The notes beneath the pieces were generated by a model. That model was not told where the DNA came from, made no database searches, and saw nothing but the letters and a program-made list of their open reading frames with translations. Source: Octopus bimaculoides (lineage: Eukaryota). From it: a stretch of 34,156 nucleotides of DNA. Both the position numbers and the translations under genes were made by a program. Where the stretch lies: positions 121,891,012 through 121,925,167 of the forward strand of contig NC_068984.1 of NCBI RefSeq assembly GCF_001194135.2. The letters are read 5' to 3'. This document shows, in pieces, positions 32,952 through 34,156 of the stretch (position 1 is its first letter; every line of letters begins with the position of its first letter).

Positions 32952-32991
<40 letters not shown>

Positions 32992-33059
32992 AGAAAGTAA
33001 GAAGAAAAAAAGCGAAAATGCACATTGGATATAAAAAAAAAATAAAGGCTTTTTTATGA

Positions 33060-33905
33060 AAAGTAACGGTATAGATGAACTAAGGTAGAGTTAAGAGGAA
33101 TAAAAGTCGTTATTTTGAATTGTTAAAGAGATTCAAAGTCATACCGGTATTGTCAAAAGCTGTTCATTGGCTTTGAATGAGCACCGATTTCCAAACAGTG
33201 CCGGGTCTACTAGTCCCTGAGCAAAAAGATTATATGCAAGGGAGATAAATAGTTCTAGAAGTGGTGCAATTAGGGTAGATGTAATACTGTAGTATGAATG
33301 GTGTATGGAATGTATGGGAATTAGTGGTATTATTGGTAAGGTTAGTAGTGTTCTGTATTATGTTATGTGTTCATGTTGAGTTGTGGATGATATTTATTGA
33401 TGAAAGTTGCCTCTTTATTCATTCTTTGCTGTACTGAGGTGTTCTGTGAATATTGACAGAAAGGGAAAATTAGAAAGTTAGGATTAAGGTTCCTAGCACA
33501 CCTTTCTAGGTGTTCACTGACCTGTATCTGTCTGTATTGTAGGCAGCAGATTTGTTTTTTGTGAAGAGTTGTTCTTTGATGGAGTGACATTCCTGTTTGG
33601 CCAAGACATTGATTACCGCACCCTGAGCAGGTAATGGTATAGATTAGGTTTCCCGATAAAATTTGATTTTATCTTAAATATTTCACTTTGTTTAAAGTGG
33701 AACTCTGTACCCTAGAAAAGGTGGGGGCATGTGCCACAGTTAGGCCAACCGCATTTTTTCACTTTTGGTTCCGTTGTTAATGGATATAGTCTTGCATTGG
33801 TTAATATGCTTTCCAATGATTTCGGTTGAATTTTGCTCTTGATAATTTTGTGTGAGCCTAAAATTTTGTTCATTGTTTTATCTCCTGTGAGAATGAGTAG
33901 ATTTT
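33060..33905 (-). mobile_element. Penelope-like element 3' remnant with GIY-YIG endonuclease
   Basis: Cys-rich linker KCGWPNCGTCPHL, then a stop-free stretch 33650-33363 reading NLIYTITCSGCGNQCLGQTGMSLHQR...RMNKEATFINKYHPQLN, with GIY, YIG-like, R, E and N motifs. Confidence 0.8.
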
Positions 33906-33907
33906 GG

Positions 33908-33935
<28 letters not shown>

Positions 33936-33946
<11 letters not shown>

Positions 33947-34156
33947 GCACTCCGTCGCTTACGACGTCGAGGGTTCCAGTTGATCCGATCAACGGAACAG
34001 CTGGCTTGTGAAATTAGCATGCAAGTGGCTGAGCACTCCACTGACACGTGTACCCTTAACGTAGTTCTCGGGGATATTCAGCATGACACAGTGTGACAAG
34101 GCTGACCCTTTGAATTACAGGCACAACAGAAACAGGAAGTAAGAGCGAGAGAAAGT
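33936..34156 (-). mobile_element. SINE-like repeat 3' part with (CAA)n tail; runs off the window end
   Basis: GC-richer block starting gttgttgttggcactccgtcgcttacgacgtcg next to (TA)n. Family identity is from recall only. Confidence 0.55.

Overview
This is AT-rich, intron-rich animal genomic DNA. The SINE, RTE and MITE repeat families and the abundant microsatellites point to an octopod cephalopod (inference, not a database match). There are four N gaps. Two housekeeping genes converge tail to tail. On the + strand are the last three coding exons of EMC3 (2970-3049, 3175-3257, 6100-6216). On the - strand are the last five coding exons of DUS4L, a tRNA-dihydrouridine synthase 4-like gene (28601-28642, 26815-26955, 18937-19145, 14611-14696, 12203-12391). 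All have GT-AG boundaries and consistent phases. The 5' exons of both genes were not found and lie outside the window or in a gap. Nearly everything else is transposon debris: tRNA-headed SINEs, RTE-tail repeats, RTE/CR1/RLE LINE remnants, a Penelope-like GIY-YIG remnant, a non-autonomous Helitron, and piggyBac-, hAT- and mariner-type MITEs. Family labels A, B, C, C2 and F are my own. I see no prokaryote-type system and no CRISPR array. The best leads are decayed minimal hammerhead-ribozyme folds in Penelope-like terminal repeats, a hairpin made of two hammerhead-like cores, a Helitron with possible captured DNA, a MITE nested in a MITE at a TTAA site, modular SINE head/tail combinations, and a frame-neutral 42-nt exon carrying the DUS catalytic motif. 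Repeat boundaries were read by eye and are approximate unless termini or TSDs are quoted.
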